Both the position numbers and the translations under genes were made by a program. The notes under the pieces are model-generated. The model worked only from the letters and a program-made list of their open reading frames with translations. It did no database searches and was not told where the DNA came from. Below are positions 30,112 through 40,475 of a DNA stretch of 64,000 bases, one piece after another (within the stretch, counting starts at the first letter, position 1; each line of letters opens with the position of its first letter). Source of the stretch: Gammaproteobacteria bacterium (GTDB lineage: Bacteria > Pseudomonadota > Gammaproteobacteria > CAJXQU01); contig CBDEGZ010000003.1 in NCBI GenBank assembly GCA_965238175.1, positions 1,824,001 to 1,888,000 on the forward strand, in the 5' to 3' direction.

Positions 30112-31185
30112 TTGCCCAAATTTTCAAAGAATAATAATATATCAATGCCACAATCAATAATACAAATTGCTCGTCCGGATGATTTTCATCTACACGTGCG
30201 CGATGGTGATGCTTTGAATAGTGTCGTGCCTGATACGGCAAAACAGTTTGCGCGGGCAGTTATTATGCCCAATTTGAAAATGCCAGTGACAACAGTTGAA
30301 CAGGCAGAAGCCTATCGTCAGGCAATTTTAACAGCGGCGGAAGGCTTTGATTTTGAACCTTTGATGACACTTTATTTAACGGACAAAACAACTGCATCAA
30401 CGATTAAATCTGCTAAACAATCTGGGATTATTCACGCGTTAAAACTTTACCCCGCCGGAGCAACAACAAATTCGGATGCCGGTGTTACTGATATCAGTAA
30501 TATTTATCCGGTTTTAGAAGCAATGCAAGAAGTTGGGTTGCCTCTTCTGGTGCACGGGGAAGTGACTGATCCTGATGTCGATGTTTTTGATCGAGAACGC
30601 ATTTTCATTGAAACAATTCTTATCAATCTTAGTCAGCAATTTCCTGATCTGAAAATCATCATGGAACATATTACGACCAAGGATGCTGTCGATTTTATCA
30701 TGAATGCTTCAGACAATCTTGCAGCGACAATAACTGCTCACCATTTATTGATGAACCGAAATGCTATTTTTGCTGGTGGGATTAGACCACATCATTATTG
30801 TTTGCCGATCCTGAAAAGAGAAATGCATCGTCAGGCATTGCTCAATGCTGCTGTCAGTGGCAATAGAAAATTTTTCCTCGGCACGGATAGTGCACCTCAT
30901 CCGCAAGGTGCAAAAGAATCTGCCTGTGGTTGTGCAGGTATATATACCGCTTATAATGCGATAGAACTTTACACCGAAGTTTTTGATCAAGAGAATGCAC
31001 TTGATAAATTAGATGATTTTGCCAGTACTTTTGGCGCTAATTTTTATGGTTTGGCAAAAAATAAAAGTACAATTACGCTCAAACGAGAACAGTGGCATAT
31101 TCCTGATTTTTTACCATTAGGTGAAGAGAAGGTGATTCCATTGAGAGCTGGAGAATATTGTTTGTGGAAGATGAGCGAGAATTAA
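30112..31185 (+). CDS. pyrC: dihydroorotase (start probably 30145)
   Basis: [33 protein letters not shown]. Confidence 0.96.
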   Translation: MPKFSKNNNISMPQSIIQIARPDDFHLHVRDGDALNSVVPDTAKQFARAVIMPNLKMPVTTVEQAEAYRQAILTAAEGFDFEPLMTLYLTDKTTASTIKSAKQSGIIHALKLYPAGATTNSDAGVTDISNIYPVLEAMQEVGLPLLVHGEVTDPDVDVFDRERIFIETILINLSQQFPDLKIIMEHITTKDAVDFIMNASDNLAATITAHHLLMNRNAIFAGGIRPHHYCLPILKREMHRQALLNAAVSGNRKFFLGTDSAPHPQGAKESACGCAGIYTAYNAIELYTEVFDQENALDKLDDFASTFGANFYGLAKNKSTITLKREQWHIPDFLPLGEEKVIPLRAGEYCLWKMSEN

Positions 31186-31817
31186 TTTCTGAAGGTGTTA
31201 ACGATACGAGGAATTTGATCAATTCCCGTTTCCGAGGATTTTTGCCCGTTGTTATCGACGTGGAAACAGCAGGATTTAATTCCGAAACAGACGCGTTACT
31301 TGAAGTTGCGGCCGTTATTTTGGATTGTGATCAAGAGCAGGGTTGGCATCCTGTTCAAACAGTATCAAGCCATGTTGTTCCTTTTGAAGGAGCGAACCTT
31401 GATCAGAAGGCGTTGGATTTCACCGGGATTGATCCCTACCATCCGCTAAGATTGGCAATGAAGGAGCCGGAAGCTTTGGGTAAAATATTCAAACCAATTA
31501 GAAAGATGGTTTCTGATTCTGGCTGCACTCGTGCAATCATGGTCGCCCATAATGCTGCTTTCGATATTGCGTTTTTGAAAGCTGCAGTTGAACGCTGTGG
31601 AGTAAAAAGAAATCCATTTCATTCTTTTAGCACTTTCGACACAGTAACGATGGCGGGTTTGGTTTATGGCCAAACAGTGTTGGCGCGTGCAATTCAAACT
31701 GCTGACATTGAGTGGGATGAACGAGAGGCACATTCGGCAGTTTATGATGCAGAAAAAACCGCTGAATTATTTTGTAAAATGGTCAATACTTTTGATCGAC
31801 TATCAGCAGAAAAATAA
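31158..31817 (+). CDS. rnt: ribonuclease T (start uncertain)
   Basis: [36 protein letters not shown]. Confidence 0.95.
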   Translation: MFVEDERELISEGVNDTRNLINSRFRGFLPVVIDVETAGFNSETDALLEVAAVILDCDQEQGWHPVQTVSSHVVPFEGANLDQKALDFTGIDPYHPLRLAMKEPEALGKIFKPIRKMVSDSGCTRAIMVAHNAAFDIAFLKAAVERCGVKRNPFHSFSTFDTVTMAGLVYGQTVLARAIQTADIEWDEREAHSAVYDAEKTAELFCKMVNTFDRLSAEK

Positions 31818-31827
31818 TAAATCATTT

Positions 31828-32736
31828 TCAGCTCCTAGTAATACGTTTTAATAATTCAATAGAGGCGTCAATTTCTACTTTCCTAATTGCAACACTCTCA
31901 ATATTACATCCGATGGGTATATTTTTCTCATCGGCAAAGTCTTTTAATTCGCGCCAGATCCGCTCTGACTTGTCGACGGATTTTTCTAAAATATCACTTG
32001 AGTGCACTAATTCATTTTCTAACCAGCGGGGAATACTGATCCCTAACCATTTCATAAACTGAAGGGTTTTGAGAGAGCCACAGGGAGTGAGTGTGAAGAT
32101 AATTGGAACTAATGGAATATTATGTTCGAGACCATAATAATAATATTCAGATAAAAAATTCTTTGATGCATTTACGTCATAAACACCTTGAGAGACAAAG
32201 AAAGTACAACCTTTTTTGATCTTATTGAACACGCGAATATGTTCATCACCTTTACTCAAATGTCTTTCAGAAATAGTGACACCACCGAGAAGCATAGCGG
32301 TATTTTTCTGTGCTTTTAAGTTATACGCTTCCTCAATGGATAATGAGATATTTTGTGTTTTGGATGGAGCGCCAACAAAGACGGTTAAATTATCCTCTAT
32401 GGAAGCAGTAGTTAAAAAATCAGATAGTTCACTAGTATTATATTTGCCTACTGAACGATAAATAATTTTCGGGACTTTAACGGCATTCAAATAATCTTTA
32501 CTATAAGAATATGAATCTAATGTTTCTAAAAAGGGGAATGGACGCTCATCAGGAGTCCGTGATGCCTCATCTTGAATATCATAGATAATCAAGCCATCAA
32601 TGACGAGTGACTGGATCCGTTCTAATTGTAACGCAGATACTTCTTTGAGTTTTTCGGGGGAAGTGTCATTTTTGGGTGGTGTAATACCATAAAGAATAAT
32701 TCCGCTTTGTCTATTTTTTATCTTATCAATAAGCAT
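31828..32736 (-). CDS. methylenetetrahydrofolate reductase-family protein
   Basis: LYGITPPK, YDIQDEASR..RPFPF, FFVSQGVY, FMKWLGI. Confidence 0.75.
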   Translation of the reverse strand: MLIDKIKNRQSGIILYGITPPKNDTSPEKLKEVSALQLERIQSLVIDGLIIYDIQDEASRTPDERPFPFLETLDSYSYSKDYLNAVKVPKIIYRSVGKYNTSELSDFLTTASIEDNLTVFVGAPSKTQNISLSIEEAYNLKAQKNTAMLLGGVTISERHLSKGDEHIRVFNKIKKGCTFFVSQGVYDVNASKNFLSEYYYYGLEHNIPLVPIIFTLTPCGSLKTLQFMKWLGISIPRWLENELVHSSDILEKSVDKSERIWRELKDFADEKNIPIGCNIESVAIRKVEIDASIELLKRITRS

Positions 32737-32914
32737 TCATTTACACCTTTAATGGTTCATTTCAATTCTGTAAGGATATGTTTTTAGGAACGATAAACTC
32801 GTCTTGTGCGACATGGGGTATTCTATACAACTTCTCTGATATAAATATAAATCCAAGTCACAGTTTTGGGCTAAATACTGAAATAATAAATAGAATGGGT
32901 GAAATAATATTGAC

Positions 32915-35158
32915 CTATCTATTTATTTTTAATTTTTTTATACTTTTTTTCATTGTCCGTTTGCTTTTTTGTTTCCATTCATAAAAACGAACTGCCCAAC
33001 GCCAGTATACTAATTCTTTTCCTTGGATCTGATGATAATAATTCATAAACTCTTCACGACCAGGCCAGGTAAGTTTGTAATTAATTCGCATTAGATCAAT
33101 GAGACGTTGACGTTTGGTTAAGGTCGTTAAAATTCGTGCACGACCAATATCGATTATATATACTTCAACTTTGTTAGGTTTTTTCTGTTCATCATCCTTG
33201 TAAGTAAGTAATATATTTCCAGAAGATAAATCACGATGTAGTATTCCCACGCCATGCATTTTGCAAATGAAAGTAGCTATCTCTTTCAGGAGTAATGAGT
33301 TCTTGACCCCTCTATATTCTTCTTCACCGTTATTGATACTGTTAAACACATCTCTCGAAGAAAATGCATTCTCCAGAAATTCCGTTACATAATAGCTATT
33401 TCTAGTCCCGCTTTTTTCTTTACGTTCAAAAAAAGCGATTGGTTGAGGAGTATTGATCCCCCTAAGTAACATATGCGTGCCATTATTCCAATGACGTTTT
33501 GCCTTACTACTTTGGAAATGATAGCTAAAGCGCTTAAAGCCAGTCGTTCTATTTAATTTAACTGTTAAGGTGCCTAGCGTACTGGGTATATTCCATATCC
33601 GGTTACGACTGTCGCGTAAAACTTCAAGTTCTTTTGCTTGATCTAATGCTTCTGGAATAAACTCTGTACAAGCTTGATCAAAAGAATGCTTAGTATCGAT
33701 CATTAATGCACCTTGCCAATCATTATTTTCAAAATGATGAAAAGTTTTTTCTGTTGCTACTCCTGCGGCAATATTTTCAATCATTAAGTTGGGTAATATT
33801 TTTAATTGTTGAAGGCTAGGGCGTATAGTTGGTTTTGACGAAAAATAAATAAATAAAGGTGTCTCCGTAAAATTAGGAGGCGCGGTATCTAATGGTGTAG
33901 TACCGAGGTATGAATATTTAACATCTTTCAACTCGCCAGAATATAGTTTGGTAAAAGGTATTGCATAATTATCACGACACCAACACACATGGATTTCATG
34001 TTTATCTTCTGTAATAAAAATAAAATGACTAATTCCATTTTCGCCACTGAATCCCTGAATCAGTGTTGCATTACTTAAATTTGAAATAATATATTGATAG
34101 GCAAAAAAGGCGGGTCTACGGCGAAAATTATCAACACTACCTCTAAGCTCTTTATAGTAAGCAACATTATCAATTTGAGGATAAGTATTGTTGTCAGAAC
34201 CACAATCGATAAGACCATCGCGACCACAAATTAGTGGACCCCAGTAAGTACGATCAAGTGAGCCACTAGCAATTGCCAGGATCAAATATCGGCTCAAGTA
34301 TTCTGCTTGTTTTTGTTCGGGAAATTTATTGCGTCTGCTTAACCTTCTTACCGTCCAGCCGGTATAGGTACAGAATGTTTTTTTACTGCCCAGTTTTTTA
34401 CCAATGTGATCAATTATCCGAGCTTTTTTAATCAGGTTTAATTTCAAAAAATGACTGGCCCACTTTCCTAAAACACGGTGATCATAAGCTTCTGGTTCTA
34501 TAACTCTCTCAACAAATAAATTGTCTGTATGTATCACGGGTGCGCTATGTAATTCACGCATTGTATCGAGGTATGCGATATTAAACAGAGGTTCAAAATC
34601 TGAGATGTTGGGACCTGCAATGGTAATTTTATATTGTTCAGCGATAGGTCGAGCAATATTCCATGCATGCAGGTATGTGATAAAATTAAAGCCAGACCAT
34701 TTCTTTCGATTACTGGTATTACCAATTTCAAAAATATCAATTTTGTCGTGATAATTTTCAAATATTTTTCCCACAAAATCTTGCCAGTGTTTTTGTTTTT
34801 CGACAGAGTTGTCGAGGTTGGCTGCTTCATGAAGAGGCGGTAAAATATTCAACATCACATGATAGTCTTCTGCAATAATACGATCTAACAATCGCTGTGC
34901 ATGAGAACCGAATGAATCATAACTGAAAGCAAGTCGGACGTGTTTGAGGTTAAGATCATTTAATGCCTGTATGACATAATCGTCACTAGCAGGGTCTATG
35001 GAAGATGCAATATTGATCGCAAAAAAATCTTTTTTAATTTTAAACGTAGACAATACTTCGGGTGATATCCCGAGCCATAAACGAGAACGTATAAGCTCGG
35101 TTGAAATCGCAACTATTGCCCGTAGCCAGCTTTGTGGCGCTGGGATCTTTTCTTTCAT
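32915..35158 (-). CDS. fusion of a GH-like TIM barrel and a Kdo/WaaP/InaA-family LPS kinase
   Basis: C-terminal GINTPQP, HRDLSSGNIL, IIDIGR; N-terminal HVRL, FEIGNTSN, IAGP. Confidence 0.75.
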   Translation of the reverse strand: MKEKIPAPQSWLRAIVAISTELIRSRLWLGISPEVLSTFKIKKDFFAINIASSIDPASDDYVIQALNDLNLKHVRLAFSYDSFGSHAQRLLDRIIAEDYHVMLNILPPLHEAANLDNSVEKQKHWQDFVGKIFENYHDKIDIFEIGNTSNRKKWSGFNFITYLHAWNIARPIAEQYKITIAGPNISDFEPLFNIAYLDTMRELHSAPVIHTDNLFVERVIEPEAYDHRVLGKWASHFLKLNLIKKARIIDHIGKKLGSKKTFCTYTGWTVRRLSRRNKFPEQKQAEYLSRYLILAIASGSLDRTYWGPLICGRDGLIDCGSDNNTYPQIDNVAYYKELRGSVDNFRRRPAFFAYQYIISNLSNATLIQGFSGENGISHFIFITEDKHEIHVCWCRDNYAIPFTKLYSGELKDVKYSYLGTTPLDTAPPNFTETPLFIYFSSKPTIRPSLQQLKILPNLMIENIAAGVATEKTFHHFENNDWQGALMIDTKHSFDQACTEFIPEALDQAKELEVLRDSRNRIWNIPSTLGTLTVKLNRTTGFKRFSYHFQSSKAKRHWNNGTHMLLRGINTPQPIAFFERKEKSGTRNSYYVTEFLENAFSSRDVFNSINNGEEEYRGVKNSLLLKEIATFICKMHGVGILHRDLSSGNILLTYKDDEQKKPNKVEVYIIDIGRARILTTLTKRQRLIDLMRINYKLTWPGREEFMNYYHQIQGKELVYWRWAVRFYEWKQKSKRTMKKSIKKLKINR

Positions 35159-35165
35159 AGTATTA

Positions 35166-36482
35166 TTAATGATGTCTTTTCAGTTCAGCTTGCCACTCAC
35201 GACTTTTTTGTAAAATTTCTTGTTCGTCGAGTGTTTGCAAACTTCCATGTTGAAGTAGCTGTCGTCCCGCGACCCAAACGTCGGTAATTTGATCACGGTT
35301 AGCAGAATAGATCAATTGTGAAATCGGATCATATAAGGGTTGGGTCTCAATTGTATTCATATTCAGGGCCATGATGTCGGCTTGTTTTCCGACAGACAAT
35401 GAACCAATTTTATCATCCAGTCCTAATGCTTTTGCACCGTTTAATGTCGCCATTTTTAAGGCAGTAAAAGCCGGTATTGCTTCAGCATTTTGAGAGACAC
35501 CTTTAGCGAGTAATGCCGCGCTACGCATTTCGCCGAGCATATCAAGATCGTTATTGCTAGCAGCGCCATCTGTGCCCAGTGCGATGTTTATGTTGTTTTG
35601 TTCAAGATCAGAAACAGGACAGAAACCGCTGGCAAGTTTGAGATTGGATTCTGGACAATGAACAATATTTACGCCATGTTTTTTGATCAATTCTTTGTCA
35701 GAGTCACTAAGTTGTGTCATATGAACGGCGATTAAGCGCGGCGATAATAAACCAAGTCTTTCTAATCTTTGGATTGGACGTTCACCAGTTTGTTTTATCG
35801 ATTCTTCAACTTCATGCGCAATTTCATGTAAATGGATGGTGATCTGCACATCCAGTTCTTCCGCATGAACGGTGATTTTTTTTAATGAGGCATCACTGAC
35901 TGTGTAAGGCGCATGTGGTGCAAAGCAAGTACTGATCAAAGGATCGTTACGATATTGATCATGAACTTCAAGGCTTTTATGAAAATACTCTTCTGCGTCG
36001 TTTGCCCAGGTTGAAGGGAAATCGATCACGATCATTCCAACCATCGCTCTGATCCCGGCGACGGATGCGATATGCGCAACTTGATCAGGGAAAAAGTACA
36101 TATCATTAAAACAGGTAGTACCACTACGGATCATTTCCGCGATGGCATGTCGTGTGCCATCAAGCACGAATTCTGCACTGACAGCATCATGTTCAGCGGG
36201 CCAGATATGATCATTTAACCAGGTCATTAGTGGTTTATCATCAGACAGACCACGGAACAGATTCATCGCGGCATGTGTATGTGCGTTGATCAAACCCGGC
36301 GTTAAAAGGTGATTATCTAATTTATGAATCGTTTCAGCCTGATATTTTTCGTTAGCGACAACTGAAGGTAGTAATTCGAGAATTTCACTTTCATGGATCG
36401 CAATCGCATGTTTTTCAAGGACTACATTTTCTGGTTCAACAGGAACGATCCAGCCTGCGTGAATAAGCGTATCAATGTTCAT
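35166..36482 (-). CDS. mtaD: MTA/SAH deaminase (TRZ/ATZ amidohydrolase)
   Basis: INAHTHAAM, APHAPYTV, HCPESNLKLASG, GTDGAASNN. Confidence 0.85.
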   Translation of the reverse strand: MNIDTLIHAGWIVPVEPENVVLEKHAIAIHESEILELLPSVVANEKYQAETIHKLDNHLLTPGLINAHTHAAMNLFRGLSDDKPLMTWLNDHIWPAEHDAVSAEFVLDGTRHAIAEMIRSGTTCFNDMYFFPDQVAHIASVAGIRAMVGMIVIDFPSTWANDAEEYFHKSLEVHDQYRNDPLISTCFAPHAPYTVSDASLKKITVHAEELDVQITIHLHEIAHEVEESIKQTGERPIQRLERLGLLSPRLIAVHMTQLSDSDKELIKKHGVNIVHCPESNLKLASGFCPVSDLEQNNINIALGTDGAASNNDLDMLGEMRSAALLAKGVSQNAEAIPAFTALKMATLNGAKALGLDDKIGSLSVGKQADIMALNMNTIETQPLYDPISQLIYSANRDQITDVWVAGRQLLQHGSLQTLDEQEILQKSREWQAELKRHH

Positions 36483-36566
36483 AAATTATTGTTCTTCGAT
36501 TAAATCAAAGCGTGAAAATCAAAAGCTGTTAAATACTTTAAAGGAGAATTCATAAGCTAAATCGTG

Positions 36567-37445
36567 CTAATTATGCATGTAATCATGAAAGAAAGTAAGA
36601 ACCTGATCACGATACTTTTCAGGGGCATATTCGTAAATATTTTGATGGGCTGCGCCTTTAACTCTCCATATTTTTTTCGGCTCAGATGCTTGTTCGAACA
36701 TTCTATTACTTTGATCAATTGATGTATGTTTATCTTTGGTTCCAGCAATAATAAAAACGGGTGAAGTTGTTTGTTTTAATTCGTCTATCGGGCTTAGTTC
36801 TTCTGGTGAGAAGCCAAGGCGTGGTTTTATTTGCCATAGGAGCAGAGGTGATAAATGTTTTCCAAGAATTTTTAAATGTATCTCAATTCTATTTTTAACA
36901 GCCTCCTTAAGTGTTGGGTAGACCATTTCTAATACAATGGCATTGGCCTGATTTTTTATTGAACTTAATAAGGCTGATGCACCCCCAAGAGATACACCAA
37001 TGATACCAACAGGTTTTCCATTAATTTTGTTTTTTAATAATTTAAATGCTGCATTTGTATCCTGAGATTCCAGATAACCGAATGTAATATGTTTGCCAGA
37101 ACTTTTCCCATGCGCTTGAAAATCAAATAAGAGTACAGAATAACCTGCCGTATTTAACATTGTTGCCCGATCAACCATTTCTCTTCGATCAGATCGAACA
37201 CTATGCATGAGCAAGATGCCGCCTTTTTCTTTTTGACCTTTGATAAAAGTACCAGATAACAACTTTCCCGTTGTACTTGAAAAAATGATATCTTCTACGT
37301 TCGTGATACCAAAATCATCAGGTTTGAGATCGAAATTGCTTTGATGTGGATTAGTTAAAATGGTACCTAATATATACAAGCAAGAAAGGCCAATAATTCC
37401 TATACAAAGAATGATTAATAATAAAGTTTTCGGTTTTTTTAGCAT
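36567..37445 (-). CDS. alpha/beta hydrolase
   Basis: N-terminal TM, FDFQAHGKS, GVSLGG, GAAH; start moved to MLKKPK to avoid overlap with mtnA. Confidence 0.85.
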   Translation of the reverse strand: MLKKPKTLLLIILCIGIIGLSCLYILGTILTNPHQSNFDLKPDDFGITNVEDIIFSSTTGKLLSGTFIKGQKEKGGILLMHSVRSDRREMVDRATMLNTAGYSVLLFDFQAHGKSSGKHITFGYLESQDTNAAFKLLKNKINGKPVGIIGVSLGGASALLSSIKNQANAIVLEMVYPTLKEAVKNRIEIHLKILGKHLSPLLLWQIKPRLGFSPEELSPIDELKQTTSPVFIIAGTKDKHTSIDQSNRMFEQASEPKKIWRVKGAAHQNIYEYAPEKYRDQVLTFFHDYMHN

Positions 37446-37478
37446 AACGTAATTTTGTAAGCGTAGAATTGAAAAACA

Positions 37479-38516
37479 TTGTATGGAAAATATCTTATGA
37501 AAGGAAATAACGCATTTAAGACTCTCGAATGGACTCACGAAGGTTTACTACTGCTCGATCAACGTAAGCTGCCGCAGGTTACGGAATATTGTTTGTTAAG
37601 GACATTGGATGAAGTAACAAACGCGATTACAGATATGGTGGTCAGAGGTGCGCCAGCTATTGGTGTTGCTGCGGCTTATGGCGTTGTTCTTGGTTATCGA
37701 GAGCACGGATGTAATTTAGACTTGACGAAGTTACGTGATGCACGTCCAACGGCTGTAAACCTGAATTGGGCGATTGATCAGATGGAGTTTACATTGCGTT
37801 CGGCAACTGATGAGTCAGTGTTATTAGAGCTTGCGATCAAAATTCATCAGGAAGATGTAGCAGCGAATCGTCGCATGGGTGAGTTGGGCGCTGATCTTTT
37901 AAGTGATAATGTGAATGTACTTACACATTGTAATGCAGGAGCTTTGGCGACAGCGGGTTACGGAACTGCGCTAGGTGTCATTCGTTCTGGTGTTGAACAG
38001 AATAAAATCCGTCGTGTCTATGCGGATGAAACGCGTCCCTGGATGCAAGGTTCTCGTTTGACTGCATGGGAATTACTGCAAGAGGGTATTGCAGTGACTT
38101 TACTTGCAGACGGAGCTGCTGCTTGGCTAATGAAGCAGGGCAAAGTTGATTGGGTGATTGTCGGATCTGATCGAATTGCAGCTAATGGTGATGTGGCAAA
38201 TAAAATTGGGACATATTCTCTAGCATTAGCTGCAAAAGTACATGGGGTTAAATTTATGGTGGTTGCGCCAACGACAACAATTGATCTTGAATGCCCAAAT
38301 GGAGATCGGATTGATATCGAATCCCGTTTGCAAGAAGAAGTTTTGAAATTTAATGGAATAAGAATCGCAGCAGAAGGTGCTGGTGCGTGGAACCCTGTTT
38401 TTGATGTAACACCAGCGGATCTTGTCACCGCTATTGTCACTGAAAGAGGGGTGATAAAATTTCCACAGACACCTTCGCAATTTTTAGCCAAGTGTAGTGC
38501 TCTAATAAACTCGTAG
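37479..38516 (+). CDS. mtnA: methylthioribose-1-phosphate isomerase
   Basis: [40 protein letters not shown]. Confidence 0.95.
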   Translation: MYGKYLMKGNNAFKTLEWTHEGLLLLDQRKLPQVTEYCLLRTLDEVTNAITDMVVRGAPAIGVAAAYGVVLGYREHGCNLDLTKLRDARPTAVNLNWAIDQMEFTLRSATDESVLLELAIKIHQEDVAANRRMGELGADLLSDNVNVLTHCNAGALATAGYGTALGVIRSGVEQNKIRRVYADETRPWMQGSRLTAWELLQEGIAVTLLADGAAAWLMKQGKVDWVIVGSDRIAANGDVANKIGTYSLALAAKVHGVKFMVVAPTTTIDLECPNGDRIDIESRLQEEVLKFNGIRIAAEGAGAWNPVFDVTPADLVTAIVTERGVIKFPQTPSQFLAKCSALINS

Positions 38517-38567
38517 CAAAATATAAGCGGTAAAGCTTTATTTACCCACAAAAAGAAGATACAACTT

Positions 38568-38860
38568 ATGGGTAATAGACGTACATTCAGTGCTGAATTT
38601 AAAGTGGGCTCAGCCAGTTTAGTATTAGAGCAAGACTATATGCCGCTATGGAAGCTTGCTGGGCAGTTGATATCAATGCAGCAACTATGCGTGGTTGAGT
38701 TAATCGATTCAAACAAGAATGAAGTGGCATTATGTCAAAGCCCTTGTACCTGGACAGCGACCTATCCAGGAATTAGAAACCAGGATCAAACGGATAGAAC
38801 GAGAGAAAAAAATCCTGAAAAAAGCGATGGCTTTGTTGATGTCGGACACAATTTATAGGC
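38568..38860 (+). mobile_element. IS3-family OrfA remnant, frameshifted, no OrfB
   Basis: RRTFSAEFKVGSASLVLEQDY and, in another frame, IQELETRIKRIEREKKILKKAMALLMSD. Confidence 0.85.
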
Positions 38861-38971
38861 GCTCATAAATAATGTTTCTGTGAAGTAATTCCAGTTTTAC
38901 TACTTATCGCTCTCTTAGATCAGCCGCTATCAGTAGGTATCAACAAAACACGAAGTTATTAGATAAAAAAA

Positions 38972-39199
38972 ATGCTTGTCGAAGAAGAGTTGGATGAACT
39001 GGAAGCGACTCAAGATATTTTTGGGATGCTGGAGTTACTTACGAATCATTATGGTGATGGCTCTGTTTATCTGCCAGAAGGTGTTTCTAATCAGTTTTTA
39101 GAGATGGCGAAGATGATTGGGTATGTAAATGAAGAGGGTTATCTAACTCGCATGGGACGAAAACTGGTAACTCAATATAGGAACTTGCAGTCTAAATAA
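38972..39199 (+). CDS. hypothetical small protein
   Basis: 75-aa ORF with a protein-like GYVNEEGYLTRMGRKL segment. Confidence 0.55.
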   Translation: MLVEEELDELEATQDIFGMLELLTNHYGDGSVYLPEGVSNQFLEMAKMIGYVNEEGYLTRMGRKLVTQYRNLQSK

Positions 39200-40475
39200 A
39201 TTCGGAGAATGGTTGTACATCTACAATAGAGTCGATATCCGTTCCAGCCGATTCTCTGGGTAAAATAATAAAACAGTTTGCTCGCGACATTGAACTGAGT
39301 ATTCCTGAACCTTGTTCACCTGTAAGATGAACTTGTAATTGGCCATTTTCTGCCGTTTCTAATATACCTCGTTGAAATTCTGTTCGACCTAGACGTTTGC
39401 GTAATTTGGAAGTACAACTTGCTTTCAGGGTTAATGGCTGTATTGCCGATTCGCCCATCATTTTACGAAGTGCGGGTAGTACAAATTGATAGAAGGTCAC
39501 CATGACTGAAACAGGGTTACCCGGAAGGCCGAAGAATGTCGCATTACCCAATTTTCCAAAGGTAAGAGGGCGGCCGGGTTTCATCGCTATCTTCCAAAAA
39601 TTCAGTTGGCCCAGTTCTTCGAGTATTTCTTTAACGAAATCTGCTTCACCTACTGAAACGCCGCCGGAAGAAATAACAACATCGGCAATTTGAGAGGCGG
39701 TTGAGAATGCATTTCTTGTATCTTCACGAGTGTCCTTAACTGCACCCATATCAATAATCTCAACGCCGATCCTTTTTAGCATGCCATAGAGTGTGTAACG
39801 ATTGCTGTCATAGATTTGACCTTCTTCCAATGACTGTCCAACCGTTTTGAGCTCATCACCTGTAGAGAAAAAAGCCACTCTTAGCTTTCTATGCACTTTT
39901 ATTTCACCGATCCCCAAAGACGCGATCAGGCCAAGATCTGAAGGGGTAAGTGATTTACTTTTTGATAACGCTAACTGACCAATAGTTAAATCTTCACCGG
40001 CTTGCCGGACGTTTTGACCACTAATTTGATCCGTAGCAATTTGAATCTTATCCTCATTTCGTTCTACGTGTTCTTGCATAACGACAGTGTCGGTTTCGGA
40101 GGGCATGACTGCACCGGTCATGATCCGAACACATTCATTTTGTTCTAGCTTTCCTCGCCATGGCTTTCCAGCGAGGGAAGTGCCGATCAGTTTAAATAAT
40201 TTAATTTGATCGGTTGGTAAATCTTGACCGCGAACGGCATAGCCATCCATAGCAGAATTTGTATGCGAGGGAACATTAATTGGAGAGTGAATATCTTCTG
40301 CGAGTACACGACCAAGTGTTGAACGCAGTGCAATTTGTTCAAAACCTTTTATGACCTGAACCTTTTCGAGGATTCGTTGCTGAGCGACATCACAATCGAG
40401 AGAGTCAGGATCGTAATCATCCATACAACTGGGTGCATTTTTGATCGACTTTTTTATTTCGTCAGTCATTATCAA
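39192..40475 (-). CDS. moeA: molybdopterin molybdotransferase
   Basis: SAMDGYA, RIMTGA, STGDEL, SGGVSVG, GLPGNPVS. Confidence 0.95.
   Translation of the reverse strand: MIMTDEIKKSIKNAPSCMDDYDPDSLDCDVAQQRILEKVQVIKGFEQIALRSTLGRVLAEDIHSPINVPSHTNSAMDGYAVRGQDLPTDQIKLFKLIGTSLAGKPWRGKLEQNECVRIMTGAVMPSETDTVVMQEHVERNEDKIQIATDQISGQNVRQAGEDLTIGQLALSKSKSLTPSDLGLIASLGIGEIKVHRKLRVAFFSTGDELKTVGQSLEEGQIYDSNRYTLYGMLKRIGVEIIDMGAVKDTREDTRNAFSTASQIADVVISSGGVSVGEADFVKEILEELGQLNFWKIAMKPGRPLTFGKLGNATFFGLPGNPVSVMVTFYQFVLPALRKMMGESAIQPLTLKASCTSKLRKRLGRTEFQRGILETAENGQLQVHLTGEQGSGILSSMSRANCFIILPRESAGTDIDSIVDVQPFSEFI

Noticed and set aside
32737-32914. SAM/SAH riboswitch upstream of the MTHFR-like gene
   Set aside because: No recognisable aptamer consensus seen
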